NCBI RefSeq assembly: GCF_016432865.1
Contig: NC_067399.1
Coordinates: 20,274,001-20,338,000 of the forward strand
Direction: 5' to 3'
Origin: Antechinus flavipes
Taxonomy: Eukaryota
DNA length: 64,000 bases
Of this stretch, positions 11,690 through 24,930 are shown in pieces (position 1 is the stretch's first letter; each line of letters starts with the position of its first letter). Under the pieces are notes generated by a model. The model saw only the letters and a program-made list of their open reading frames with translations. It was not told the DNA's origin and did not search any database. A program made the position numbers and the translations under genes.

Positions 11690-11995
11690 CTCCTCTTCCT
11701 TGCCTTCCTTTCCTCTTTGTCTCTTCCTTCCCCTTATTCTCTCTTCTTCGCTCTTTCTTTTTCTTCTCTCACCTCCTCCTTCCATTTCTTCTTCTCTCTT
11801 CTTGCCTACCCTTTCCTTTCTCTCATTCCTTCCTCTTCCTTCCCTTTCCTACTCCTCTTCCTTCCCTCCTCTTCCCCTCTTTTCTTCTTCTCCTCTTCCT
11901 TCTCCTCCCCTCTTTTTCTTTTCCTTCCTTTCCTCCTCTTCCTTTTTATGTTCCCCAATTTCTCCCCTCCCTTCTTTCCTCATCCAAATTTCTAT
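11690..11995. repeat. CT-rich low-complexity tract in the REG-A 3' UTR
   Basis: Pyrimidine-only stretch between the stop (11576) and AATAAA (12042). Confidence 0.85.
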
Positions 11996-12089
11996 ATGGA
12001 TTTTATGGCCCTAACCCTAACCCTAACTCTAAAAACATCAAAATAAAATTTTGTCTTCTTCAACTGTCTCCTGTGTTTATTTTGTTTGA

Positions 12090-13420
12090 ATAAAAAAAGA
12101 TATTCTTAAAAAAAAACTTTTTAAAATGGTATTTTATTTTTTCCCCCAATTCCATGTCAAGACAATTTTTAGCATTCAGTTTTACAAGATTTTGACTTCC
12201 AAATTTCTCTCTCTCTTTCCTGATAGGCAATTCGATTGAGGTCATACATGTGAGGTCATGTAAAATATATTTTTAAAATAGTCACCATTATGAAAGAAGA
12301 AACAGAGTAAAAGGGAAAAAATCATGAAGAAGAATAACATTAGTTAAAAAAAAAGTATAGTTCAATCTGCATTCACAATCCATCATTCTTTATCCTGAAT
12401 GGCATTTTCTTTCATGAATTCTTTGTAGTTGTGGATCATTGTGTAGCTGAGAAGAGCTTGAGTCATTAATAGTTGATCCTCTTACAATGTTTTTGATACT
12501 GTATATAAAATTTTCCTGATTCTACTCATTCCCTTTACATCAGTTTGTATAAGTCTTTCCATTTTTTTCTGAAACCTTCCTGCTTTTTCTTTCTTTCTTT
12601 TAAAAATAATAATAGCTTTTTATTTTTCAAAATTCATGCAAAGATAGTTTTCAACATTCACCCTTACAAAACTTTGTGTTCCAGATTTTTCTCTCTCTTT
12701 CCTCCACTCCCCTAGACAGCAACCAATCCAATATAGGTTAAACATGTACAATTCCTCTAAACATATTTCCACATTTGTCATTTTGTGCAAAAAAAATAAG
12801 CTCAAAATGGAGAAAAAACATAAGAAAAAACAAGCAAACAGCAACAACAAAGATGAAAATACAATGCTTTGATCAGTCTCCATACTTCTCTCTCTGGATG
12901 CAGATGACATTTTCCATCACAAGTCTATGGAATTGTCCTGAATCACCTCATTATTGAAAAGAGCCACGTCCATCATGCTCACAATCATCTCACAATCTTG
13001 TTGCTGTGTACAATGATCTCCTGGTTCTGCTCATTTCACTCAGCATCAGTTCATGTCAGTCTCTCCAGGCCTCCCTGAAATCATCCTAGTGATCATTTCT
13101 TACAGAACAATAATATTCCTTAACATTCATATACCACAATTTATTCATCCACTGATGGGCATCCACTCCCTTTCCAGTTTCTGGCCACTACAAAGAGACC
13201 TGCTACAAACGTTTTTGCACATGGGGGTCCCTTTTCCCTCCTTTAAGATCTCTTTGGGATACAGACCCAATAAGAGACACTGCTGGATCAAAGGGTCTGC
13301 ACAGTTTGATCTCCCTTTGGGCACAGTTCCAACTGCTCTCCATGATGTTTGGATCGGTTCACAACTCTACCAACAATGTTCCAGTTTTCCCACATCCCCT
13401 CCAACATTTATCATTATGGA
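12090..13420 (-). mobile_element. Two adjacent degenerate LINE-1 3' ends (about 12090-12600 and 12620-13420)
   Basis: T-rich tails on +; 3' UTR and ORF2-end motifs (CTGGTTCTGCTCATTTCACTCAGCATCAGTTCATG) shared with the other L1 copies in the window. Confidence 0.8.
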
Positions 13421-13779
13421 AGGGGATTTGGGTGATCAAGAAAGGCTTCTGGTAGAGAAAATGGGGCTTGTGGTATTTAAAGTCAGGAAGATCAGAGTTT
13501 AAATCTGGCCTCGGATATTTACTGCTGTTGCAGTGGTTTGGAACACCCCTGGATCACCCAAGACAGAGTTATCGAAGACGTTTGGGACCTGGGAGATGAG
13601 ACTGACACTGACACAGGTGTAGACATTCTGGGTTAAGAGCATCCTCTTTCCATTGGCTGCTCCATTATTCAATGGAACTTTAGGGAGCACCTCGAGGCCC
13701 AGAATGCCTAATACAGTGTCGTGTGCTTTCTAAAGATTTGAATTGAACTCAAGGAAATCATGACCCTAGACTAGCAATA

Positions 13780-13960
13780 CTGAGTGGGACGGATCGATAC
13801 CATTCTACTTGGCTACCCCGATGACGATGCTTTTGCTCTTTCCCAGTCACCAATGGAGTGAAGCAAGGCTGGGTGCTTGTTCCCACGCTTTCTAGAGTGA
13901 TGTTATCCGATGTCTTCAACAATGATGAAAACTGCATCCAGGTCATCTAACCACATCGTA
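13780..13960 (+). mobile_element. RTE-clade LINE reverse-transcriptase fragment
   Basis: TTCCCAGTCACCAATGGAGTGAAGCAAGGCTGGGTGCTTGTTCCCACGCTTT translates as FPVTNGVKQGWVLVPTL, the RTE-type GVKQGCVLAPTLF motif. Confidence 0.65.
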
Positions 13961-15258
13961 GAAGGCAGAGATCACCCCAGAATATCTGCAAACCTTGACA
14001 TTGAAATAACCCTAAGGCTGCCATAATGTTCTGAAATAAAAAATGGACATAATAAATGAAAAGTAAAAGATAGTAATAAAAATGTCTTTTTAAAAAGTGT
14101 CATAGAGCCCTTCTAGAAAGCAATTTGGAATTTCAGCTCAGAAGTCACTAAGCCCTTCGAGCCCTTTTATTCATCCACATCAGTCCCTGGCATTTACTCC
14201 ACTTTGATTAATCAGAGAGAGCTGCCCCGTGAATATGACGGGCATTTTGAGATACCAGTGTGTGACTTTGTTTTGCTTGGCAATATTGCTTTGATAAAAG
14301 GAAGGGCTTTCAAAGTATGGGAATTAGTGTGTAAAGAGAATGGTAATAACAAAAGAAAAGGCAAAAGGATCTTCTTGGGATGCTAATGATATATTATTAC
14401 ATTACATATTAACATATATAATATAGAAATAATATATTGTTGATTATATTAATTAGTGATATTATTAATATAACATAACATATAATTTAGATATCAATTA
14501 TATGTTATATTAATATTATTATATAATATATTGCATATATTATATATAACATGTTGTAATATTACATTATATATATGTATATATGTTCTGAAAGGAATAG
14601 GAGGAAGTATAGATGGAAGTCCAAATGACCAGGACAGTATTGGCGCTGTCATATTGATTTTAATATGCATTCAAAATAAACCATAGGTGATCCAAGTTCA
14701 TATTTTATACATAATCCACTTGATCTCTTCTTGGTAATTGGAAAAGTTGGTATTAGTTTAAGTCTGACAAGCACGTATTTAAAAAAGATAGGAAAAGCAA
14801 GCTTTAAGATTGCTGGTCCAGTGCTGGTGATGAACGAGCCTTGCCAAAACTTCTCAGATTTCTTTCTTGTTTTAGAGATTCCAGGAAGTTCTGTTAAGGG
14901 GTGTGTGTGGCCAAGACCTCGTGTCCCCTTGCTACCTTTGGCTGCAGTTCCCTTCTCCCAGCCCTTTCCTAGACTCCTTCCTTCCACAGCAGGGTGCTGC
15001 TGGAAGCTCCCTCATCCTAGCGTAAGCTCCCTCCTCCTCCTCCTCCTCATCCCATCTCAGGTTTCCCAAGGCTGTGGGAAGGGGGCAGCTGGTCACCATG
15101 GCAGAAGGGACTCACCCCCTGCCCCGGCCTGGAGAAACGATTGTTCCTCTGTGCCAGAAAGAAGGTATTTCCTGGCCCAGCTCCCGCACCCTCCCATCCC
15201 TGCCTTCATCCCCTTCTCTTCTACCCCGGCCCATGTTCACTCCCCTTTGGGCTCTGCT

Positions 15259-15308
15259 TATAAAGGGTCCTGTCCCCGCTGGGTCGGACACACAGTGGGG
15301 CCAGTCTG
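15259..15308 (+). promoter_or_regulatory. REG-B TATA box (15259-15264) and non-coding exon 1; GAS TTCCAGGAA at 14879-14887
   Basis: TTATAAAGG, then donor G|GTGAGT at 15309. Confidence 0.85.
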
Positions 15309-15644
15309 GTGAGTGAGAGAGAAGGGCCCGGGCAGGGCTTGGTCACTTCACACATGAGGTTATTCCCTTTTCAGAGGCAGGAAGGAGGCGTCTCACTTTG
15401 GGAAGGGAGCAGGGTTAGAGGGAAATGAAAGCAAAGATTCTTCCTGAGCCTCTATGAGAGGGAAGGGTCTGTTTCCTCAGGCCCAGCTTTGGTCCAGCCC
15501 CAGAATCCCAGGAAAGGGGAGGTGGAAGGGGCCCCCAGCCTCAGCTCAGGGAAGCCAGAAGGATCTGAGCCCCGACCCCAGCTGCCCTCAGGGCTGGGGG
15601 GGCAGGGGGCTCAGGTCTCTCTCTGTGTCCTCAGACTCCAAAGG

Positions 15645-18600
15645 ATGCTGCCCCTCACTTTCTCCGAGCTGCTCTTCGCCTGCCTGATCCTCCCAGGTCT
15701 GGCACAAGGTGAGAGCTTCCCCTGGACCTGGACCAGCCCTCGGGAGGAAAGGAGGGGGCCGGAGCAAAGGGATGTGGGAAGGACGAAGCCATGCCGGCAG
15801 CAGGGATCTCTGGGACTTCAGGCAGAAGCTGAGGCTCCCACTTGTCTTCCTTCCCCCAGGCCTGGAGGACCCCTCGGATGCTCCCTCAGCCAGGAGCTCC
15901 TGCCCCGAAGGCTTCCTTTGGTTTGATTCCAACTGCTATGGTTTAGTACGCTACGAAGAGACTTGGAGCTTCGCGGAAGTTGGTTGGGGAAAGGGATCCT
16001 TGAGGGAGGGGAGAGGGGGACCCCCGGTGGGTGAGCTCTAGGACCTGGAGGAAGTCCCGCCCTCCTCACCTAGCTCCGCCCTTCTGCCAAGGAGCACGCC
16101 CGACCCTCACCCTCTTTTAGACTCATTGGCTGCCCTGCCCTTGCTAGTGCTCCCCATCCCCGTTCTCCTCCCCCCTGACGCTCGCCCCCCTGCTTTCCCC
16201 CACAGCTGCTGTGCCAGAACTACCCCTCAGGCCACCTTGTGTCCCTGCACAGCGAGGCTGAGAAACGCTTCGTGGCCACCGTGATTACTGAGAATGGGGG
16301 CAGCCAGAAGCCCATTTGGATCGGTCTCTATGACCCCCAGGAGGTGAGACCCCAAAGCGCCCCCCTCTCTCTGCCCAAGACGAAGGGGGGAGCGGGGGCT
16401 TGTGCCAGTCATCCTGGCTCGGGATCTTTCTCGCCTCTCCAGAATAAGGGTCCGGAGCCGTGGAAAAGGGAAAGAAAGGGAAAAGAAACCTGGAGACAGC
16501 TGCAAAGTGGACATTTAGAAATGGGGGTGGGGCAAACCCAAGTGACTTGCCCAGGGTCCCACAGCCAGGAAGTATCTGAGACCAGATTTGAACCCGGCTC
16601 CTCCTGACTTCAGGGCTGGTTCTCTATCCACTGTCCCACCCAGCTGCCCCTTCCCATTGCTTTTGGTTCAACTAGCACGCACAGTGTGCTCAGCCTGAGC
16701 TTCCCTAGAAACTGTGATAAGAGCCGAGCTTACAAAAAAGTAAAAACAATCTGTCCCCCCAGAACCCCGCCCCCAACCTCACATTCTAACGGATGGGGCA
16801 ACAAATAACTGAGTCCATGCAAGAGCTATCGGGGCAGATAGCTCTGTCTCTGTGTGTGTCTCTCTCTTTCTCTGTGTGTCTCTGTTTCTCTTTCTCCCTT
16901 TCTCTGTCTCTCTGTGTGTCTTGGTGTTTTTCTGTCTCTGTCTCTCTCTCTCTGTGTCTCTGTCTCTCTGTGTCTATCTCTGTCTCTTTCTCTGTCTCCC
17001 TGTCTGTCTCTGTCTCTCTGTGTGTCTCTCTGTCTCTTTCTGTGTCTTCGTCTGTCTTAATCTATCTCTGTCCCTCTCCCCCTGTCTATCCTTTTCTCTC
17101 TATCTCCCTCACAAATTAGAGAGGAGAGAATATATGGAAGGAGACACTTGCTGTCGGTCCTTCATTCTTGGAGGACCCCTGACATCAGGAAGAGGATGTG
17201 TTGACTTGCAGGTGACGAGGACCTACGTGAGACAGGGCCATGCAAAGTCACCAACCTCACTTTCTCCTCTAGTCATCTGGGTCCAGTAGCAAGACATAGG
17301 TCAGGATGACCGGAGATGGCGCTGGAGAGAGGGAGAAAATGGACTGAGAAAAAGCCAATAACCCGGGGAATTCAGGCTCACTGATGACTTAGGGGCTGTT
17401 TTCTGTGGGCTGGGAGACAAGGATCAGGCCAGCCTAAAGCTGGTTAAGGAGAAAGTGAGAGTGGAGAAAGTAGACTGTGGTCACAAAGAGGAAAGCTTGG
17501 ATTTAGGGATCGGTTTGTGACTTGGGGGTCCCTAAGGTTATGGGACTGGCTGGGCCAGGACGAGGAGGGTCAGAGATAGAGGAGTCTGAGACCCAGAAAT
17601 TATAGAAGGGTCCCTGGTCAGGGCAGGGCTCTGAGTGGATGAAGGGGGATGGCTCAAGAATTGCAGCTGGACTAGCAACAGCAGCATCTGGAAAGGCTTA
17701 GAGGGCAGAGCCATCCCAACATGTTCTGGGGGAACCCAGGGAAGGTTCATAAACATCTGGTCTACAAGAATGGGAGGGGAGGGGATCGGGGTGTCTCACT
17801 CTTTACTAACCACTGCATTATCTGACCCCTCCCCCAGAACCGCAGGTGGCGCTGGTCCAGCGGTGGCCTTTTTGTCTTTCAATCCTGGGATAAGGGAGCC
17901 CCCAGTCAAACCAACCCAAACTATTGCGTAATCCTGACCCAGGATTCAGGTGAGAAAGAGAGAAACACCAATAATTCTGGCAATAGCCAGGCACATCTGT
18001 GTTTGCTAAAGCCCTGGATTCACAGGGGTCCCTAGAACATGAGCTCTGCTGTGTCCCTCCTCTCCCTCTTTTCTCCTTTCCTCTCCTCTTTCTTTTCTTT
18101 TCCCTTCCCTTCCTTTTCCTTCCCTTCCCTTTCCTTCCTTTCCCTTTCTATTTCCTTCCCTTTCCACTTCCATCCCTTTCCTTTCCTTCCCTTCCCTTTT
18201 TTCCCCTCCCCTCCCTTCTTTTCCTTTTGTTCTCTTTCTCCTCTCCTCACTTCTCCCTTTACCTCTCATTTCTTTATTTCTCTCCTTTTTTAGCCACAAT
18301 GTCATAGCTGTGTTGCCCACAATCTGAGCTCATTCTTCCAATCCCCACTGACACTGGCAGGTTAGGTTCCAGAGGAAGACTACTCCCTCTCTCCTCAGGA
18401 TTCTCAAAGTAAACTTAGATCTACACCCGACAGGGTTTCCAGAAGCCATTTACTTCCATGCTTTTATTGGATTATTGGATAGGCAAGGAGACTGAAACTC
18501 TGAGAACTTGCAAAAGTTTACATGTGTCTATCTGAGGGACTGATTTTATAATTAGCCTTTACTGGTATACTTTCCCCAGTAATTATCAGTTCACATTAAT

Positions 18601-19176
18601 TAAACATTCAGACTTGGAATCATACTCTAGAATTAAAAAAATTCCATTGGGATAGAAAGAATAGCTCTCACAACCCCTCCTCCACAGAAAAAATCCCAAG
18701 GGTACGTACTTTCTCCCCCAAACACATGCAGAGACAAGAAAAAAGAGGTCTCAAACTGGGAAATCCCATGGAGCGACATCCTTAGTATCCAATGCTATTC
18801 CAAGCAGCAAGATGGGCAGTGGATAGGGTTTCTCCCAATGCACCTTCTGTTCAGCGTCATTCCATTTCTTTCCATGGATTTTACATCACTCAAATGATCA
18901 AGGACTTTTCAGTTTCAGTCTAATGCACTAGACTGAGCCATTGATTCAATTAAAATAATTGCTTTAAGCTGCCTAGACTGTTTCATTTGATACAATGACT
19001 CCCACTCTCAAACACAAATGAATGGAAGGAAAAGGCCAAGGTCATCAGAACAGGGACCTTCAGACCCAGTCTAGCCAGACAAACATAACCTATACTCTTT
19101 CTCTCTAGGATTCCAAGCATGGAAGGATGAGCTGTGTAAAGTAAAGCTCCCCTACGTCTGCAAGTTCAAGGCCTAG
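15645..19176 (+). CDS. REG-B: REG-family secreted C-type lectin, 166 aa
   Basis: Exons 15645-15708, 15860-15978, 16206-16343, 17838-17949, 19109-19176 (64+119+138+112+68), GT-AG and open. Protein: MLPLTFSELLFACLILPGLAQG-LEDPSDAPSAR-SSCPEGFLWFDSNCY...WIGLYDPQENRRWRWSS...NYCVIL...WKDELCKVKLPYVCKFKA. AATAAA at 19418. Confidence 0.95.
16845..17085. repeat. (CT)/(CTGT) low-complexity repeat in REG-B intron 4
   Basis: Degenerate TCTCTGTC repeats. Confidence 0.9.
18050..18290. repeat. (CCTT/CTTT) low-complexity repeat in REG-B intron 5
   Basis: Pyrimidine-only tract. Confidence 0.9.
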
Positions 19177-22100
19177 AAGTGGTGAATCAGAAGAATGAAT
19201 TAAGGTTCTTCAACCCCTGATTCAAATGGACTTTCAGAGGGTCCTGGGTGTATTTTCTCTGCCCTATCAGAGAACCTTCATTCCACCCACCTCCCCACAC
19301 ATGAACCGTTCTCCCCTTGTCATGGCCCTCCTGTACCCCTTTCTCCCTCCCCTCCCCTTTTCCTTCCATCATTACCCTTATGCTCATTACCTTTGATTCA
19401 GAGCACTGACCATGAAGAATAAACTGTCCTTCTCCCTACCTTGATGCCTCATGTTCTCTGTATGATTCTTCAAATATAGATTATTGTGTGTATTTACACG
19501 GATACATATTTTGTGGGGTACTGACCAACTTCTCTCCGCTCTAGCCTATTCAGCGAGGCTATTGATTTATTCGTGAAGACTTTATCGAATAAATAGTAAG
19601 TGACCTACTTGTTGCTGAGACTCCTGCAGATTGTGGGAAAGGCAAACTATGTCCCCCATTCTTTGGGGGTTCAGTTTTAACTGAAAGTAAAGACACAATA
19701 TGTGACATAGATGATAGAATTCCAGACCCACAGAATTTCAGAATTGAAAAGAACTGGACCCCAATCTCGTTTAAGCCGCGTTCCCAAACTAGTACAAATT
19801 GCGGTCTAATTCCCCCTTTTCAGAGAGGACAAGTCCCTGAAACAGGGCAGGTGGGAGTCAGATCTTCTAATGAAGAACGAGAACATTTCCATCGGTGCCT
19901 GAGTGAGAGGACAGGGAGAACCTCCGATCAGATTTCAGAGTCTGGAGATGCATCGGGGAACATCTGGTTGGCTAGGACTCTGAGGCGGGTGGGCTCTTGT
20001 CCCTGGAACCATCTCTCTGTCCAGTTTAAGAGGAGAAGAACAGACAGTTCTTGCCCCCTTTCCTGCCCAGAAGACAGTGCAGCAGTGCAGATCTGTGTTC
20101 CGGGTGAGGAAGCTGTTCCCCTCCAGGAGCTGTCCATGGTAGCCTTGAACAGAAGCTGGTAGAAATCACATGGCCTCAAACACAACTTTCTTACCCACTT
20201 GGGCTGAGATGAGAGTTACTCAGAGTGCACTTTATCAGCCCCAAAGATTGTATTATCCAAAGTTTTTTAAGTCCTTGTTTTTTGTCAGACTTATTGGGGA
20301 TACAAATAAAAGGGAAAAGAAAGGTATAGTTGATAGTCAAGGAACTTACATGCTAATGGAGAGAAGAAACATGCAAAGGGGAGATGAATGGAGAGAGAAG
20401 GTATCTGGGAAGGGGACATGGGGGTGAGGTCTGGAGAGGCAGAAGCACCGAGGAGAATGCTTCTATTCACTCAGGTGAATGGAGGTGAATGAAAAATTGT
20501 CCATTTGGGACTTTCTCCAAAATGGAGACCAACAGAAGGCACTTTTCACTGGGGGAAAGGGACTGACATGGCAGAAGGATGTTCCTGCGTGAGAGAGGAT
20601 AGGCAATCAGGACATGCATTTGGGGGACAAAGAGTCTTCCTACTGTGAAAAGTTTAGTAAGGGATAGTGTAGATCACCTAGAAGGGTTTTAGGTTTGCAC
20701 AATTTTCTCTATGAAGGTCTTCAAGCCCAGCTTTATATCTGATCCAATGTTAAGCTCTCCAGTAGCCCTGACCGATGTATATTCAGCATGTTCTTGAATA
20801 CTTTCCTATGATAGGGAGCTCACTGCTCTTTTGGAAGGTCATTTTCATTCTGGATGGATCACCATTATAGCAAATGGTCTCCTTGGTGGACAAAAGCATA
20901 ATCGTCCCTGTTGTTTCCAGTCATAAGCCTGCTCCAGACAAAGAGATGGAAGCCGATCTCTCTTTAGCTGACAGGATTGATGATGTTAGAATGCTGCCAG
21001 TTGTGGCAGGCAGGGCTTTCTACAGCCGAAGGGCTGATAGGAGGCAGTAAGACAGACAATGAGGGAGTGTGCCTCCGGGAGCCCATGATCCTTTGGGTGG
21101 CTGGATCCACAAAAGATCTTTGAGTAGCAGGGAGAAATTCCAGTCTGGGATTCTGAATATGCAGATGTCTTTGGGGGTGTGTGGAGATAAACAGCTTGGC
21201 CCCAAGGGCCAGCTCCTGTCTCCTATGCCACAGGGCCACACGTCTCTGTAAGGTCCATGAGCACCTCTCACTGCATATCCTGAATCCCTTGTTCCGGCAG
21301 GGGGACTGTTCCATGTGGACATCATCACGTGTGCTGGGATGGGTTCATTCTCCAGCCACCTGCTGGGCTTCACCTGGACTCAGCTAAAAGGCTTCTCTTC
21401 TTGATTCAGACACGGTTTTCTTTTATTTGAGCCCAGAAACCAAACTTCAGCTCCCTCAGAGACAAAGAAAGGCCTCACACCCCCAGCTGGATGGTGGCTT
21501 CCTCTCCGCACAGAGAGGTGACAGCCATGGACCTACGTGTCAGTCTATACCCAAATTTGCATCTTCCATACAAATATCCCAAACTGGGAAAAAATAGGAA
21601 AAGAAAATGGGCATTTTTGAAAGTGCCTACAATGTACCAGCACTCTGCCAAGTGATTTACAAATTACCAACTTATTTGATCCTCATTTTATAGATAAGGA
21701 AACTGAGGCACAGTAATTTGCTTAGGGTCATAATCATAAGTGTCTGAGGCAGGACTTGAACTCAGGCCTTCCTAACTCAGTCCTAGCATTCTATTCCCTG
21801 TACCTAGATTGTGAGGTCCCAGAGGAAAAGTGCCATTGATCTCTGTGCTGCTTCCACCGCACCTGGTGTCTGGTAGAGGGGCACTGATAACATACATCCC
21901 ACCTGGATGAAGGCCCAGTAGTATAATTATATTATATTATGATAGTGTATCTAATCCGACAACCAGGAACCCATTAGCTAGAATTCCCTCCTAATTTAGT
22001 TCTTTTCGGATCCTTGCCTTCTTCACCCAAGTCCTGCTGGGAATTCAGTCTGTGCATATTCCTTACTTTTCGACTCTCCAACCTATCACAGAATGTATTA

Positions 22101-22328
22101 GGGTTATGGGAAAGAGGCAGCTGCCACCCTTTGGGGAAAGAATTAATCGTGTGTCCCTTCATTAATATTCCAGGAAGAATGAGTTTCTCTTGCCAAGTCC
22201 CGACCCTCGCTCAGGAAAGACCACACCCTTTGCTAGGAATCCCCCCCACCCCGACCATCCCAGATGTTCCGGTCCCTACCCTCGGCCTTATCGCTCAGGG
22301 ACCCTTCCCCCACCTTGCCTTCTCTCCC

Positions 22329-22384
22329 TATAAAGTCCCTGCCACAGCCTGGCCAGAAACACCTTCCCCAACCTCCCCGGCCTG
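22329..22384 (+). promoter_or_regulatory. REG-C TATA box (22329-22334) and non-coding exon 1; GAS TTCCAGGAA at 22168-22176
   Basis: CCTATAAAG, then donor G|GTAAGT at 22385. Confidence 0.85.
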
Positions 22385-22725
22385 GTAAGTGAGAAGCGAA
22401 GGGCCTGGGGAAGTTGGGTCCCTCCAGACCGATGAGAGCCATCCGATTGCTGGGAGAAGGAGCCCTTTAATCTCAGGGAAGGAGCTACATTCTGGAGAGG
22501 TGTCAGTTGGTTCTCAAGCTGGAGCCACTCTGAAGAGCGGGGTTCCCTTCTCCCATCAGGTTCCTCCCAGCCCCAGTTGCCCTATTCCTCAAGAGCCCAG
22601 AAGGGAAGAGGTGGGAGGACAGAGTAGGGCTAAGAGGAACAGGTCCGAGCCCCCATCTCTGACCTCGTTGCAGAGCCAAGAGCCCCCGTACCTCACGAGC
22701 TGCGCTTGCACCCCTGTCTCCCACG

Positions 22726-24471
22726 ATGTCACCCACCTTCCCAGGAATCCTGGTCACCTGCCTGCTGCTCTCAGGCCTGGCACAAGGTGGGTCCTCCAGC
22801 ACTTGGCACCTGGGCCTGGCAGGAGAATGGGAGGGGACGGTCAGATGGAAGAGGGGAGATGCAGGGTTTGTGGGGACAGGCTTTGGGTGGGGAGGCCATG
22901 AGGCCCTGCTCCCCTCCCCTGTATCTCCTTTCCTCCCTCCCTAGGCCAGGAGGAGGCCCCTGCTCCCCCCCATGCCAGGAGCTCCTGCCCTCAAGGCTCT
23001 GCCTTCCATGGCTCCTACTGCTATGGCATACTGTTCACTAACGATACCTGGGACGCTGCCGAGGTTTGTCGGGGAGAGGGAGCCCTGAGGGGGAGAGCCA
23101 CCTTCCCATGCATTGTCCTCCACATAAACCTTATTCCTTACTTCTAAATCATCTGCTCCTCCACTTTTTATCTCCAGAGCCTTCTCCCTCTGTCTCTCTG
23201 GGGGCATCCGGCTTCCCCCAAACCCTCTTCCTCTCCTCCTGCCTTGGCTGACCCCCTCTCACCTCCTTCCCAGACCCTCCTGCAATGACCCCGGCCTCTC
23301 CTGCTTCCCCCACAGCTGCTGTGCCAGGACTATTTCTCGGGCCACCTGCTGTCCCTGCTCAATAAGGCCGAGGCCTCCTTCGTGGCCACCATGGTCACCG
23401 AGAGCAGGCCTGGTCAGAAGCCTTTTTGGATTGGCCTTCGGGACTACAGTGAGGTAGGACCCGAAGCCCCCCTTCTCTCTGCCCAGGGAGGGATCAGTAG
23501 GAAGGGGAGGGTTCTGCTCCTTTTCCATGTCCCCTGGGGGGCCTCTCCACACTTGCTCCAGGGAGCAGGAAGATCTTGGGGGGGGGAGAGTGGCCAAAGC
23601 CGGAGAGGCTGCCCTCCTTCCCACTGCCAGCCCCCCTGAGGAATGACCCGACGGGCCATTGAGAGCAGGAATCACATCCGCCACCATCAGGGTGTAAGAC
23701 CTAGATGAACTGATGCAAAGTGAAGTGAGGGGAAGCAGGAAGTGTAATGATGATCAGCCAGCAAAGACTCAGCTACTCTGAACAATAAAGAGCATCCCAG
23801 AGGTCTCATTTCGCACTGACTGTTGCCTTTCCTGGTCCCCCCTCCCCAGAATGGTCGGTGGAAATGGAGCAGCAACACCCTCTTAATCTACCAAGCCTGG
23901 GACACTGACGCTCCCAAGAATGACCAACCCAACTTCTGTGCCGTCCTGACTCCTGAATCTGGTGAGAGAATAAAACCCCAGCAGTTCTGATCCACCCAGG
24001 CCGAGTCCCCCACTTCTCTGCTGTCTAAACCCCTGGATAACTGGGAGTAACTCAGCATTTAAAATGTGGACGTGTCTCTCCTCTCCACTCCTCTTCTCTT
24101 TTTCTTCCCCTTCCCTTTTACTTTCCTTTCCTCCCCTCATCTTTCATTTCTCCCCTTTATCTTCTCTCCTTCAGCTACCCTCTACTCTCCCTTCTCCTTT
24201 TCCCAACTCTCTTCCCCCTTCTTTCCTCTCAGTCTCTCAGTCCTTTTTCTCATCCCTTTTACTTCCCACTCCTCCTTTACTCTTCCTTCTACTTTAGTAC
24301 ATGAATGGGTACAGGACCCCTGGGCGTGAGGTCTGAGTCATCCGTCCGGGATGCATTTCTGATGGTTGCCCTGGCCAGCCTAACCTAGGCTATCTCTCTG
24401 CAGGATTCCAGAAATGGAGAAATGAATCCTGCGACAAAAAATACAATTTTCTCTGCAAATTCAAAGCCTAG
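22726..24471 (+). CDS. REG-C: REG-family secreted C-type lectin, 165 aa
   Basis: Exons 22726-22786, 22945-23063, 23316-23453, 23850-23961, 24404-24471 (61+119+138+112+68), GT-AG and open. Protein: MSPTFPGILVTCLLLSGLAQG-QEEAPAPPHAR-SSCPQGSAFHGSYCY...WIGLRDYSENGRWKWSS...NFCAVL...WRNESCDKKYNFLCKFKA. AATAAA at 24682. Confidence 0.95.
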
Positions 24472-24742
24472 AGGAGATAAGTGTGAACAAAGAGTGAGGA
24501 TTCTGCAGTCTGGAGCCAAACGTGTACCCTGGGGACCCTGACTGAAGTCTGCCTTCCCAGAAATCCTTCTTCCTCTCCCCTACATCCCTTCTCTCTTTTG
24601 AAATGTCCTTCATGTCTTCATTTCTCTTCCTCCTCTCACTTACATTCCTCCTGGGGCTGTCTGGCCTGGGGTCCTGGCAAGAATAAACCATCCTCTCTAT
24701 TATCCCACTGTCTCTAGTATTTGTTTGGTTTCAAATCTGGAG

Positions 24743-24930
24743 NNNNNNNNNNNNNNNNNNNNNNNNNNNNNNNNNNNNNNNNNNNNNNNNNNNNNNNNNN
24801 NNNNNNNNNNNNNNNNNNNNNNNNNNNNNNNNNNNNNNNNNNNNNNNNNNNNNNNNNNNNNNNNNNNNNNNNNNNNNNNNNNNNNNNNNNNNNNNNNNNN
24901 NNNNNNNNNNNNNNNNNNNNNNNNNNNNNN
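24743..24930. other. Assembly gap (188 N)
   Basis: Run of N. Confidence 1.

Noticed and set aside
20964-21373. GC-balanced minus-strand ORFs of 116-117 aa between REG-B and REG-C
   Set aside because: No recognisable motif, splice pattern or promoter. Could be an old pseudogene or TE fragment; needs BLAST.
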